Shown here in pieces: positions 54,455 to 63,595 of a stretch of 64,000 bases of DNA (the first letter of the stretch is position 1; every line of letters starts with the position of its first letter). Location: positions 197,125-261,124 of the IMG/VR virus record IMGVR_UViG_3300033153_013547. One strand, 5' to 3'. The translations under genes and the position numbers were made by a program. The notes beneath the pieces were generated by a model. It was not told the DNA's origin, did not search any database, and was given only the letters and a program-made list of their open reading frames with translations.

Positions 54455-56448
54455 AAATTTTCCCTCAAATCATCAGGCACTATTACTTGTTTGTCTGGAT
54501 CACCTACAGCATCAAAAATATCAATCTGCTTACTATGAGATGTTGTTGTTATTGTATCCACAAGTTTCATAGCAACAGCTATGCAATACCCAACAGGTTT
54601 GATATCTTTCTTATATTTCATTCTCTGCTCAGTAATTTCAATAGCCTTTTTTATGAGTGTATTAGGTATTTGCTTTTTCTTACAAGCACCAAAAATAGCC
54701 TTGTATTCCTTAGGTGAAATCACAGGAAGATCCATCTTCTTCACAGAAATAGATCTATTATTTGTTGTTTTGATCCCTTCATCCGTGACATTAGCTTGTT
54801 TTATGAATCTTGATACTATTGCTGGTTGTAGAAACTTCCCTTTGCCAACAGTTCCTAAGTTTGTTGGGTAATTTATACTCAGGAAGTGCTTAGCTCTTGT
54901 CATAGCTACATAAAATAACCTAGCTTCTTCATGTAGGTTTTCGTTTCTTTCATGAGGTATATTGCCATCATACACATCAACAATATACACATCTGACCAT
55001 TCAAGTCCTTTGGCACCATGCATAGTACTGATAATAACTCTATCTTTATTATCATTTTTACTTCTGTCCTCAGCAAGTGCCACACTTTCTATGAGTTGAT
55101 CAGAACTTTCACAGCCCAATATAAATTCTTCTATGTTTGTTGGAATGTCTAAAAGATCAATAAAGGGCTCTACAAGATTACCTGAACCAGGTAAGTTTGC
55201 AATGAAACTATCATATATTTCTCTTAGTCTAATTACTTTTTTGTTAGCAGACTCTGGATCAGCAAGCATCAAATCCACTGTTTTCTTGCCAATACCCTTG
55301 GTCATTTTCATATCAATACCAATAATTCTATACCAACTAACAAAGTCTTTTTGGTTTTGCTTGAGCCTATAAAAAGCAACAATGTCTTTTAGTACTGCTC
55401 TTTCAGAAATTGATATACCATATTTCATTTTATATGGAATATTACTAAGCTTTATGTCCTTCTCTATATTTAACAGACTGCTTGCTGTTCTACCTAATAC
55501 AACCATCTGACAATAAGGAACACCTGTTACACCATGACGTGTTCGTATGCTTTTGATCACATGCTCTGCCTGTGCTTTCTGAGTAGAAAACGATTTGACA
55601 TTGACAATCCCTGTCTCATTGCTACAAGAAATCAATGAGACACTAGGCCCATGCTCTCCAATGAACTTAGATGCTGCACCTAATATCTTTGAGTCAGACC
55701 TATAATTGACATCCAAAGAAATAACTTCAGCATTTTTATATCTATCAGCAAAATTCAACATAAAACTTGGTTCAGCATATCTAAAACTTTCATAGATGCA
55801 CTGGTTAGGATCACCAATAACAAACAATTTCCCTGTATACAATAAGTCAATCAGTTTTTGTTGATAACAATCTATATCTTGATATTCATCAATCAAGATG
55901 TGATCAAATTTATTGTTCCATAGTGAGTTTCTATCAGACAAGAGATCTATTGCTCTTTCTATCATTCTATCAAAATCAATAGCTTCACACTCTGCCAAGT
56001 GTGCATCATATTTCTCAATATCTGCAACACGTGTCATAGGACAATCTGGTGCATCTAATGCAAATATAGAAAGATACTCAATAGGACTTGTCCCCTTTGG
56101 GACTATTATGCCAAGTTTTTTAGCACATCGTTTTACATCATCTTCATCATATATAGTAAGTTTGCCAAAAGCCTCAGTGCATATTTGATATGCCAAACCA
56201 TGAAAAGTTATGGCAAATACTTTATTATTGTGGATCCTATCTTTGAGCTCCTTTGCTGCTTTATTGGTAAATGTAACAGCAAGTATATTACAAGGATCAA
56301 CCCCTTCTTGGATGAGCCTATCAACTCTATGTTGCAAACAAAATGTCTTGCCAGACCCAGGGACAGCAACAATGGCTATATTATCAGAACCAGATGTTAT
56401 AGCAAGCTTCTGCTTGTCATTGGCATATTCAGGTGGTTTATAATTCAT
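54451..56448 (-). CDS. uvrD: UvrD/PcrA superfamily-1 helicase
   Basis: AVPGSGKT, VTFTNKAA, DEYQD, GDPNQCIY, TMHGAKGLEW, EARLFYVAMTRAK. Confidence 0.93.
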   Translation of the reverse strand: MNYKPPEYANDKQKLAITSGSDNIAIVAVPGSGKTFCLQHRVDRLIQEGVDPCNILAVTFTNKAAKELKDRIHNNKVFAITFHGLAYQICTEAFGKLTIYDEDDVKRCAKKLGIIVPKGTSPIEYLSIFALDAPDCPMTRVADIEKYDAHLAECEAIDFDRMIERAIDLLSDRNSLWNNKFDHILIDEYQDIDCYQQKLIDLLYTGKLFVIGDPNQCIYESFRYAEPSFMLNFADRYKNAEVISLDVNYRSDSKILGAASKFIGEHGPSVSLISCSNETGIVNVKSFSTQKAQAEHVIKSIRTRHGVTGVPYCQMVVLGRTASSLLNIEKDIKLSNIPYKMKYGISISERAVLKDIVAFYRLKQNQKDFVSWYRIIGIDMKMTKGIGKKTVDLMLADPESANKKVIRLREIYDSFIANLPGSGNLVEPFIDLLDIPTNIEEFILGCESSDQLIESVALAEDRSKNDNKDRVIISTMHGAKGLEWSDVYIVDVYDGNIPHERNENLHEEARLFYVAMTRAKHFLSINYPTNLGTVGKGKFLQPAIVSRFIKQANVTDEGIKTTNNRSISVKKMDLPVISPKEYKAIFGACKKKQIPNTLIKKAIEITEQRMKYKKDIKPVGYCIAVAMKLVDTITTTSHSKQIDIFDAVGDPDKQVIVPDDLRENL

Positions 56449-56734
56449 CTTTTATATCCTTAGATTCTGCATCCTTCATAAATTTGTCATGTTCTTCACA
56501 CACAAACATGATGTCATCTGTCGTTAATTCTGCTAATCCACCATGTTCTTTTTCCCACAACCAAAATGCCACAGCAGGCTTTCCACAATCCACATGATCA
56601 TTATCGTTAGACACATCAAATTGGCATGTTGGAAAGCCAACACGTGAAGCATGAGGATAGTCAAAACCATCATAATCTACATGAAACAATCCACACAACA
56701 CATCAACTAATTGCATTACATGACCCTTACTCAT
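56438..56734 (-). CDS. putative Zn-binding protein, paralog of 58874-59284
   Basis: PTC...CGKPA...W.W...DI..C..HD shared. Confidence 0.6.
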   Translation of the reverse strand: MSKGHVMQLVDVLCGLFHVDYDGFDYPHASRVGFPTCQFDVSNDNDHVDCGKPAVAFWLWEKEHGGLAELTTDDIMFVCEEHDKFMKDAESKDIKDEL

Positions 56735-57626
56735 CCTCTTGACTCCTTGTTACATATACACTATCAAAATTATATGTTATTCCAGGAAAAGCCAAAAATC
56801 TTCTGCTTGCATAATAATCTGCTTCCTGCACTATTTGACTTACAACAGAAGGCACAAAAGGACTTACTGATGGCTTACCCCATATACCATAATGATTAGC
56901 CACACTTGCTATTGCTTCTTCCAACATACCTAATATAACAAGACCAGTAGTGCCTTGTGTTTTCAGTTCAGATCTTATCCCCATTTCTTCCATAACTTCT
57001 TCCATAAGTTCTGCACCAAGTCTTGGGTGATCACTAGTAGTATGCCACCATCCATCATTGCCAACAAACTTTGCCATATCATGACATAAAGCACCAATTA
57101 TAGATGCAGTTGCCACAACTTTATTGTTCTCCATTCCATATCTACGTATAGCTTCATCTGTCATATGCAAAACCTTCCACACATGTTTAGCATTACCACC
57201 CAGATCAAGCAAAATAACTTTCTGATCATCAGTAATAACAGGCATATCACTATGAACCACTACTTCATGATCTACCCTAGAAATAACAGAATTGTTTCCT
57301 TCAAGAACTTTTTTACATAAAGCACTGACAGCACTATTATATGCTGCTCCACCTAACCCATTTTTGTCTTTTACAATGAGCCATGTTGCATGCTTTGTCT
57401 CATCTTTGGCATGATATTTACCAGAAGTAGATGCTGCAGTAAGGAACACCCTGTGGCTTGCTTTCTTATAACACTCTATCACAAAGGTAGATGACAAGTA
57501 ACCCACTACAGGATTACAAATAGCAATGTAGTATTTCTCAAAAACCTTTTCCAGCACATATTGGTTAAGATTAGCAATATCAATAGTTTTTATATTAATC
57601 ATTATAGTCATCCTCAGGATTGTCAA
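56727..57626 (-). CDS. HD-domain phosphohydrolase (YhaM-like phage family) with insertion
   Basis: ASTSGKYH, H, HD (CHDMAK), HP, H.G.W, ADY.ASR. Confidence 0.8.
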   Translation of the reverse strand: MTILRMTIMINIKTIDIANLNQYVLEKVFEKYYIAICNPVVGYLSSTFVIECYKKASHRVFLTAASTSGKYHAKDETKHATWLIVKDKNGLGGAAYNSAVSALCKKVLEGNNSVISRVDHEVVVHSDMPVITDDQKVILLDLGGNAKHVWKVLHMTDEAIRRYGMENNKVVATASIIGALCHDMAKFVGNDGWWHTTSDHPRLGAELMEEVMEEMGIRSELKTQGTTGLVILGMLEEAIASVANHYGIWGKPSVSPFVPSVVSQIVQEADYYASRRFLAFPGITYNFDSVYVTRSQEDE

Positions 57627-58014
57627 TTATGTCTATAGTACCTGGTGAGTGTCCATCAAACAATACTCTGATCACTATTTCAGGAATAGCAACAAGATAC
57701 ACAACCTCTGTAGGTTGTGCTCCATTAGATGCATCTGTTGAAGCATGCACACCAGGCTCCAGCCATTGATAACACTGAATATTCCCACGCATGTTGCTGT
57801 GAGACAATTTGATCCAGCTATACAAAACAGAGCCATTTTCTTCAGCAAAAATTCTTGCTTCACCAACTTCATGCTCTGCAAAAGTAGCTATTCCATGCAT
57901 AGGACAAGCTATATTAAGATCAATCTTTTCCATACTACTACTCCTCCTTTTTGTACTCTGGCCACACAACCCTAGACCATACAATGCTACCATCAGTATA
58001 AATTCTAAAACCAC
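57595..58014 (-). CDS. hypothetical protein (true start probably MEKIDL)
   Basis: ORF on the coding strand. Confidence 0.45.
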   Translation of the reverse strand: MVLEFILMVALYGLGLCGQSTKRRSSSMEKIDLNIACPMHGIATFAEHEVGEARIFAEENGSVLYSWIKLSHSNMRGNIQCYQWLEPGVHASTDASNGAQPTEVVYLVAIPEIVIRVLFDGHSPGTIDIIDNPEDDYND

Positions 58015-58333
58015 TACCCCAACACGTGCCAGGGCGCATCACATTACATAAGTAAATTACTCCAAACTCTAGAAAATCACGTCCTGCCGCCTCAATCGTT
58101 TTCCCAATAAGCCGTAGTACATCATCACTAAATCCATCAAGATCCATGTCATTTTTTGCATATAAGAACACATCTACCTGCTTAGAATTTGCGTGTACCC
58201 GCAAATCTGCAGTAAATCCATGAAAATAATTACTATCCTCAGACTGAGACAGTGCTTTTACAAGTAAGTCTGCTTTGGGTCTACAAACTGTAAGTACATC
58301 ATTTGCAGTACACTCTGTATACCAATCTGCCAT
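57938..58333 (-). CDS. hypothetical protein
   Basis: GGAGG RBS. Confidence 0.55.
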   Translation of the reverse strand: MADWYTECTANDVLTVCRPKADLLVKALSQSEDSNYFHGFTADLRVHANSKQVDVFLYAKNDMDLDGFSDDVLRLIGKTIEAAGRDFLEFGVIYLCNVMRPGTCWGSGFRIYTDGSIVWSRVVWPEYKKEE

Positions 58334-58352
58334 TGTTGTCCTCCAGATAAAC

Positions 58353-58874
58353 CTACATGTTCAGATAGTCTCCCCTTGCCTTTTTGTATGAAATTGCTAA
58401 TTTACGTATCTTTTCCCATTTACTTTTCACATGATCAAAACTTGGATAAGCTAAATCAGCACAAGCATATGCCCATGAATCTATAAGATCCATATCATTG
58501 ACACCATTACCTAAGTAAATGACAGAAGGGATTCCATTCATAAAGGTAAACGTCAATTCAGAACCAGTACCTGATCCCATATGCTTAGGATCCCAATAAG
58601 CCAACATAAGATCAGAATTAGATAACAATTCCAAATCGAGCCTAATTATTTCCCTAGTAATTTCACAAAACCTGGCTCTTGTAGTATCATTATGTTTCAT
58701 AGCATGAAATTCTGTGACATCTATACCTAATGATCGTAGCAATCCATCTTCTGTCTTCTCCAAAGGACTAATAGGCTCGTCACCCTGACTTAATATAAAT
58801 TTAGATACTTCAGTCCTAAATCCTCTACCAAAATCGGGCATACGGGATACGGGGCCACCAAGATATACTTTCAT
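58353..58874 (-). CDS. nucleoside 2-deoxyribosyltransferase-like / nucleotide hydrolase
   Basis: KVYLGGP, DLELLSNSD, SGTGSEL. Confidence 0.8.
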   Translation of the reverse strand: MKVYLGGPVSRMPDFGRGFRTEVSKFILSQGDEPISPLEKTEDGLLRSLGIDVTEFHAMKHNDTTRARFCEITREIIRLDLELLSNSDLMLAYWDPKHMGSGTGSELTFTFMNGIPSVIYLGNGVNDMDLIDSWAYACADLAYPSFDHVKSKWEKIRKLAISYKKARGDYLNM

Positions 58875-59284
58875 TATAATTTTTCGTCCTCAGTTTGCTC
58901 TTCTGCCGATACTATGGCGTCGTGATGCTCACATAACCACAAGATATCATATGTTGCGTAATTCTCATCGTCCTCTTTATTCCAATACCAAAGAGCATGG
59001 GCAGGCTTACCACAGGGATCTACACTTTCGCCACCATCGTGGGACACACCATATTCACATGTTGGCAACTCTATACGGGTGGCATATAAATAACTATCAT
59101 TATCAATTAGATCCTCTGGATGCAAATGCTTTAGAAGATCTATAAATTGCTCAATACGTGAAACCCGCATTGATGTCTCATCTACCATGATAGTTTCCTC
59201 CATACATTTAGTTATTTCCATCTGACAAGCTTTCCATAGACTCACAATGAAAACAATAAGCACAAACCAGATCATTAATATCAT
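58874..59284 (-). CDS. putative Zn-binding protein, paralog of 56438-56734
   Basis: PTC...CGKPA...C..HD. Confidence 0.55.
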   Translation of the reverse strand: MILMIWFVLIVFIVSLWKACQMEITKCMEETIMVDETSMRVSRIEQFIDLLKHLHPEDLIDNDSYLYATRIELPTCEYGVSHDGGESVDPCGKPAHALWYWNKEDDENYATYDILWLCEHHDAIVSAEEQTEDEKL

Positions 59285-59453
59285 TCATATAGGCTCTTTC
59301 AAGAGAGAACTTATTTTTACAACGACTGCAAACAAAATGGTTTTGTCCAAGCCTTTGCAATTTTAAGATATCTTGATCAGAGAGTTTGTATGCTGATATG
59401 TATCTTTCTATACCACCAGAACTCATTGTCTTTCCTCCACAAATTTCTTCCAA
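59208..59453 (-). CDS. small Cys-rich protein
   Basis: CSRC...CAYC. Confidence 0.45.
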   Translation of the reverse strand: MEEICGGKTMSSGGIERYISAYKLSDQDILKLQRLGQNHFVCSRCKNKFSLERAYMNDINDLVCAYCFHCESMESLSDGNN

Positions 59454-59767
59454 GTAAGATTTGGCTCATCTACGTCTTCAACAGACTCTACAACATCCAG
59501 AATTGTCTGTTGCAGTTCTTTACATTCTTTTGTCATAGAATTGTTGTCTGCATTCAAGCCTATTTCTTCCCATAACATCAACACTTCTTCTAACAATATA
59601 GAAAAGGCTTCTTCCATTTCAAGCCCATAGCTATCACAACCAATGATTTCATCTACAAAACAGCAGACCCCATCTTTATTGATATACCAGTAAAAAATCA
59701 TGGGTTCTTTGAATATCACTTGCTTCTTATTGTAAATAAATTGTTTGATCTGTATTTTGTGCATCAT
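59423..59767 (-). CDS. HicB-like fold protein
   Basis: IGCDSYGLEMEEAFSILLEEVLMLWEE. Confidence 0.4.
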   Translation of the reverse strand: MMHKIQIKQFIYNKKQVIFKEPMIFYWYINKDGVCCFVDEIIGCDSYGLEMEEAFSILLEEVLMLWEEIGLNADNNSMTKECKELQQTILDVVESVEDVDEPNLTWKKFVEERQ

Positions 59768-59965
59768 GTCTCCTAACAAATTGTGATCAATGAAGATAAA
59801 CTATCTATAACACAAAAATCCTGGTTCCCAGCATATCAAGCACAATCTGCTTATTAACTTTGCTCATCAAACGTCTTATCATTAACTCCTTTTGCTCTTC
59901 TGGTCATTAGTTCGATATACACCAACGCTAATGCCTTATACGTTGTTTTACATGCTTATCGCGTG

Positions 59966-60667
59966 TCATTCCTGTGCCCCTTTTGCTATTTCTAGCGCGG
60001 CCTCAAACTCAATCGCACGTTTACACAGCCAGTGCAAGTTAGGCAGTTTCTTCGCCGGTTTACTATCGATATCGGCAACATAGATAACAGCATAAGCAAC
60101 ACGGGCGGCGGCATAGGCAGCGGCATAGGCAATAGCAGGAACGGCGATATCGGCAGCATAGACAACAGCAGAAGCAACGCGGGCGGCGGCATTGGCAACA
60201 TCGACAGCATCGGCGGCAATGGTGGCATAGATGGCATGGGCACAGACAGCGCGGGCAGCACTTTCACTTCTATCGCTGCCGTTCAACCAAGCGACCGCCC
60301 ATCGCATAAAATCTTTGTGCTTGCAAATAACCCTTGCTAATTCTGTTGCCACATGAATACGTGCTAACAAGGGAAACTCCGGTACTTGTATTTCCCGCCT
60401 GAGCGTAATTGTATGGCAATCGCACTTGCAATATTCCTCACGGCTAATTTCGCCATCAGCCACAAACAAGCGCATAGTTGATTCGTCAAAATCAGTCTGT
60501 GTAGGATTCATTAAAACGGCCTGCAATGGGCTAGTGTAGGCATGATAATGATCGGCACTACACAACCCACGCTTTCCCGACAGCCACGGTACAGGCTTGC
60601 CGAGTTCCCACTGGAACCCGTCATAGGTTTGCATATTTGCATCCGTTAACTTATATACTCGCGTCAT
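59966..60667 (-). CDS. phage protein with Ala-rich helical repeats
   Basis: YKLTD...T...QW..G; AARAV/AAYAAA repeats; tandem DNA repeats at ~60080-60195. Confidence 0.65.
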   Translation of the reverse strand: MTRVYKLTDANMQTYDGFQWELGKPVPWLSGKRGLCSADHYHAYTSPLQAVLMNPTQTDFDESTMRLFVADGEISREEYCKCDCHTITLRREIQVPEFPLLARIHVATELARVICKHKDFMRWAVAWLNGSDRSESAARAVCAHAIYATIAADAVDVANAAARVASAVVYAADIAVPAIAYAAAYAAARVAYAVIYVADIDSKPAKKLPNLHWLCKRAIEFEAALEIAKGAQE

Positions 60668-60747
60668 TTTGTGTCCTCCCTTGCTGTCCCCAGTAAACAA
60701 GCACAATGTCGTCCAGCTTATCCGCCTGCGCTGTTATCTTAACCGTG

Positions 60748-60969
60748 CTACCATCCAACAACGTATGGACGAAACTCGCGGTCTCGGTCACGACGGGCGG
60801 TTCGGGGGAGCGATTCTAAATTAGTCCCTATGGTTTCACCAACCAAAAAACATATCAAACCAAGCAGTAATACTCCATAGAATCCATTCAGCTTTTTACT
60901 AATCCAATCGCGCATCGTTAATGTACCTCTCAAGTAGACTTTCCAGATATACCCGCGTATTAAAGGCAA
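60748..60969 (-). CDS. small membrane protein (true start probably MRDWISKK)
   Basis: One TM helix. Confidence 0.4.
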   Translation of the reverse strand: MPLIRGYIWKVYLRGTLTMRDWISKKLNGFYGVLLLGLICFLVGETIGTNLESLPRTARRDRDREFRPYVVGW

Positions 60970-61402
60970 AGCGCATCTTGTGTTTGTTGGCCTTGTACCA
61001 TTCGAGAACGCTAAGTTTTGAACCCTGCGCTTTAGCTGCTCCCCACCAGTCGCAAATCATTTCCTTTATAGCGGAGCCAGACATCGAATAACACTTCAAC
61101 CCGTCTTCTGTGCCTATTACCCAATGTTGCCAGTGATGGTCATTGTGATGCACATGATGCAGCCACGCACGCTCGAAAGCGGGGTCTCCCGTATCTGTCG
61201 GCTTGTAGTAACCAGTCGGATTCCGCGGGTTCTTGTTAGCAAAAAAACGTGCATATGGAAAGAATTCGGCGGGTGTCCATTTCGATAAATCGTGAATCAA
61301 GCCACGCCAGTACAGCCCGCAACGAAAACAGGCAAGCCGCACATACCATTGGTGGCGCAATAAGTACACGGCATATTTCAACAGTCCAATCATCTCACGC
61401 AT
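60899..61402 (-). CDS. DUF5662-like HD-superfamily protein
   Basis: LLRH.WYV...GLIHDLSKW...AWLHH.H.N.HH...EMICDW. Confidence 0.75.
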   Translation of the reverse strand: MREMIGLLKYAVYLLRHQWYVRLACFRCGLYWRGLIHDLSKWTPAEFFPYARFFANKNPRNPTGYYKPTDTGDPAFERAWLHHVHHNDHHWQHWVIGTEDGLKCYSMSGSAIKEMICDWWGAAKAQGSKLSVLEWYKANKHKMRFAFNTRVYLESLLERYINDARLD

Positions 61403-61805
61403 CGTTTTTCTCCTTTATTGTTATACCGTCCAACGCAGCACTCAGCGGCGTACCATATTTATCTAGCATTTTACCCAATGCTTCTGCGTATCGCGAGCCA
61501 AAGCCCTTGTGTTTTTCATCTATCTCCGGCGGGATATCGTCCACTACGCCCAGGAAATAAATGAACTGCATCAGTGCCTTGGTAGCATTGTAGAAGCGCT
61601 CACACTCGACTAAGAACTCACGTAAATCAATGACGTCTTGCTTATCCATCGTTGCCACAATCCAACCCGCGCGTACCAAATGGTACAATTCGCGGCGTGT
61701 CAATGTGGCTAGAAACCGCGCGCAAACCATCTTTTTTGAGCCACACCCCCAACACTTCTTCAGCATCGGGCCGGGATCGATTCCGAGTGTCCAATTACTC
61801 ATCAT
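61395..61805 (-). CDS. hypothetical protein
   Basis: GGAGG RBS before ATGATG at 61805/61802. Confidence 0.5.
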   Translation of the reverse strand: MMSNWTLGIDPGPMLKKCWGCGSKKMVCARFLATLTRRELYHLVRAGWIVATMDKQDVIDLREFLVECERFYNATKALMQFIYFLGVVDDIPPEIDEKHKGFGSRYAEALGKMLDKYGTPLSAALDGITIKEKNDA

Positions 61806-62016
61806 CGGCCTCCTTAAAGCGCTTATAAAAGGATTTACAAGCACAAATGAAGGCCTTGGTTTTATTAAACGCAGAACCGAAATCTCGAATAACGAAGCCT
61901 CCTTTTTCATGCGCTTCACTTAGTACCCACCCGTAAGTTCCAGGTACTAAATCTAACCCAATTCTTATCCTTGCCTCTTTATTTGGTTTACAGGTAATTA
62001 AATATATCTCACTCAT
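61795..62016 (-). CDS. small protein, paralog of 63266-63502
   Basis: AF..ACK.FY...E.DDE shared. Confidence 0.6.
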   Translation of the reverse strand: MSEIYLITCKPNKEARIRIGLDLVPGTYGWVLSEAHEKGGFVIRDFGSAFNKTKAFICACKSFYKRFKEADDE

Positions 62017-62476
62017 TACCCACCTCCAGCAATTCGGGGTTGTCGTAACGGTTGCCGACGCGCTTTAAGCGCAACAAGTCACATATAACAAAGTCGTACT
62101 CCAGATGGTCTTTATTTGCAATATCAACAAGTACAAAGCAGGGGTTCACTTTGTCATATTCCACCGTTGCTGTCCAAATCCTTTCGGTTTTGGGATATCG
62201 CACAATGCCCTTTTGAACGTAAGAAACGTATTCACACTGCACCACGTCCCCCTCGTAAATCTCAGCGCCGTCAACGTCCAGCAGGTCGGTGAACTGGCCG
62301 ACGGTTTCGGGGTCTACCCTTTGATCGAGCCAACCCCATCTATAGCTTTCAAACGGTGTATCGCGGTAGGGTTTGGTTTGGGGTATGATGTAATAATCAT
62401 CATCCAATACCACCAGGTTACCATAAATCCACTCGCCGTTATCAACGCGCTTACCTCTAAACTTAATCTCTCTCAC
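62009..62476 (-). CDS. yopX: YopX-family protein (tandem copy 3)
   Basis: MREIKFRGK...TVGQFT...IYEGD...GNRYDNPELL. Confidence 0.9.
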   Translation of the reverse strand: MREIKFRGKRVDNGEWIYGNLVVLDDDYYIIPQTKPYRDTPFESYRWGWLDQRVDPETVGQFTDLLDVDGAEIYEGDVVQCEYVSYVQKGIVRYPKTERIWTATVEYDKVNPCFVLVDIANKDHLEYDFVICDLLRLKRVGNRYDNPELLEVGNE

Positions 62477-62858
62477 TTTTCACCTCCAGCAATTCGGGAT
62501 TGTCGTAACGGTTGCCGACGCGCTCGCAACGCCTCAGGTCAAGCATTGAAATAGAAACGTTTTTTTGCTGGTGCTCACCGCGCTTATAAGGGCGAAAAGC
62601 ATAGTTCGACCATACAATCTCATATACGCCTATGCAGCCATCTCGCTTGTATAGCGAACTAACAATATCTCCTTCCCAAATTTCCACACCGTCCTTATCC
62701 TTGAAACCGGTGTATTGCCCGATGGTTTCAGGGTCAGCAGCATGACGTTGACCGTCAATAATGATGTAATGGACACCATTAAAGTATTCGTAACCGCCTG
62801 TCCTCCATTCGCGCTGGCCATACGTCCATACTTTGCCCCTAAACTTAATTTCTCTCAT
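62463..62858 (-). CDS. yopX: YopX-family protein (tandem copy 2)
   Basis: MREIKFRGK...TIGQYTG.KD..G.EIWEGD...GNRYDNPELL. Confidence 0.9.
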   Translation of the reverse strand: MREIKFRGKVWTYGQREWRTGGYEYFNGVHYIIIDGQRHAADPETIGQYTGFKDKDGVEIWEGDIVSSLYKRDGCIGVYEIVWSNYAFRPYKRGEHQQKNVSISMLDLRRCERVGNRYDNPELLEVKSERD

Positions 62859-63282
62859 CGTTAGCCTCCAGCAGTTCGGGATTGTCGTGGATATTTCCAA
62901 TGTGTTCTAGTTCATACTCGGTTAGAGGAAATAACTGTTCCATTGGGCGCCTATTCTGCGTGATTTCTTGCCAAAGAAACATTCCGTCGGCGAAAATAAT
63001 TTGCCCTATACCGTAATCACCCTTGGTGGAGTGCTTCGCCCGCTCTATATCACCTTGCCAAATTTCAGCGCCGTCGTGACCGTGCAGATAAGTATACTGC
63101 CCGACGGTTTTGGGGTCTACGGGCTTACCTACATCACGACCCCCAGGATTCAGTTTTAGTCGCAACCGAGTATTGCTGGGACTTGGAAATATAAACACTT
63201 GGTCACCAATCAACACAAGCGAACCATAAGCCCATTCGCCGTTATCAACACGCTTACCCCTAAACTTAATTTCTCTCATCAT
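62845..63282 (-). CDS. yopX: YopX-family protein (tandem copy 1)
   Basis: MREIKFRGK...TVGQYT...EIWQGD...GNIHDNPELL. Confidence 0.9.
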   Translation of the reverse strand: MMREIKFRGKRVDNGEWAYGSLVLIGDQVFIFPSPSNTRLRLKLNPGGRDVGKPVDPKTVGQYTYLHGHDGAEIWQGDIERAKHSTKGDYGIGQIIFADGMFLWQEITQNRRPMEQLFPLTEYELEHIGNIHDNPELLEANDERN

Positions 63283-63502
63283 CGACCTCCATACATTCAT
63301 AAAATGCTTTACAAGCCTGGCTAAACGCATGTTTCTCCGTTTCTGCGTAACCAGTACGATGAATTTTCCTACGTTTATCCGGCTGTATCTCTACAAGAGT
63401 CCATGTCCACTTGTCTGGTTCGAGAATTCCGGTGAGATTTTCTAAAGATATAAAGTAATGACTCTTGATACCTTCACCACCCATAGCATAAATCTTAGCC
63501 AT
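63266..63502 (-). CDS. small protein, paralog of 61795-62016
   Basis: GGAGG RBS; shared C-terminal motif. Confidence 0.6.
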   Translation of the reverse strand: MAKIYAMGGEGIKSHYFISLENLTGILEPDKWTWTLVEIQPDKRRKIHRTGYAETEKHAFSQACKAFYECMEVDDERN

Positions 63503-63595
63503 CGTCGACCTCCTTAGGTATACTTAATACCTTATCCGCCCACTCTTTGTCGCTCTCTTTTTTTTCTGCTCGCTCAACTGACTAAAACATCCCTA

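Noticed and set aside
56727-58874. Z-genome or other base-substitution pathway (DatZ-like HD + NDT + dNMP kinase)
   Set aside because: No PurZ, MazZ, dUTPase or hydroxymethylase is seen in the window, and these enzymes are common without base substitution.
59892-60340. Overlapping ORFs 59892-60083, 59992-60267 and 60032-60340 with repetitive translations
   Set aside because: Alternate-frame or antisense shadows of the Ala-rich repeat in 59966-60667.
61395-61805. Second RuvC (N-terminal LGIDPG)
   Set aside because: The remaining RuvC acidic motifs are absent.
6346-63200. Numerous short + strand ORFs in the track (e.g. 8606-8836, 13969-14370, 28088-28600, 46597-47001, 62105-62554)
   Set aside because: Antisense to well-supported - strand genes, with no RBS or motifs.
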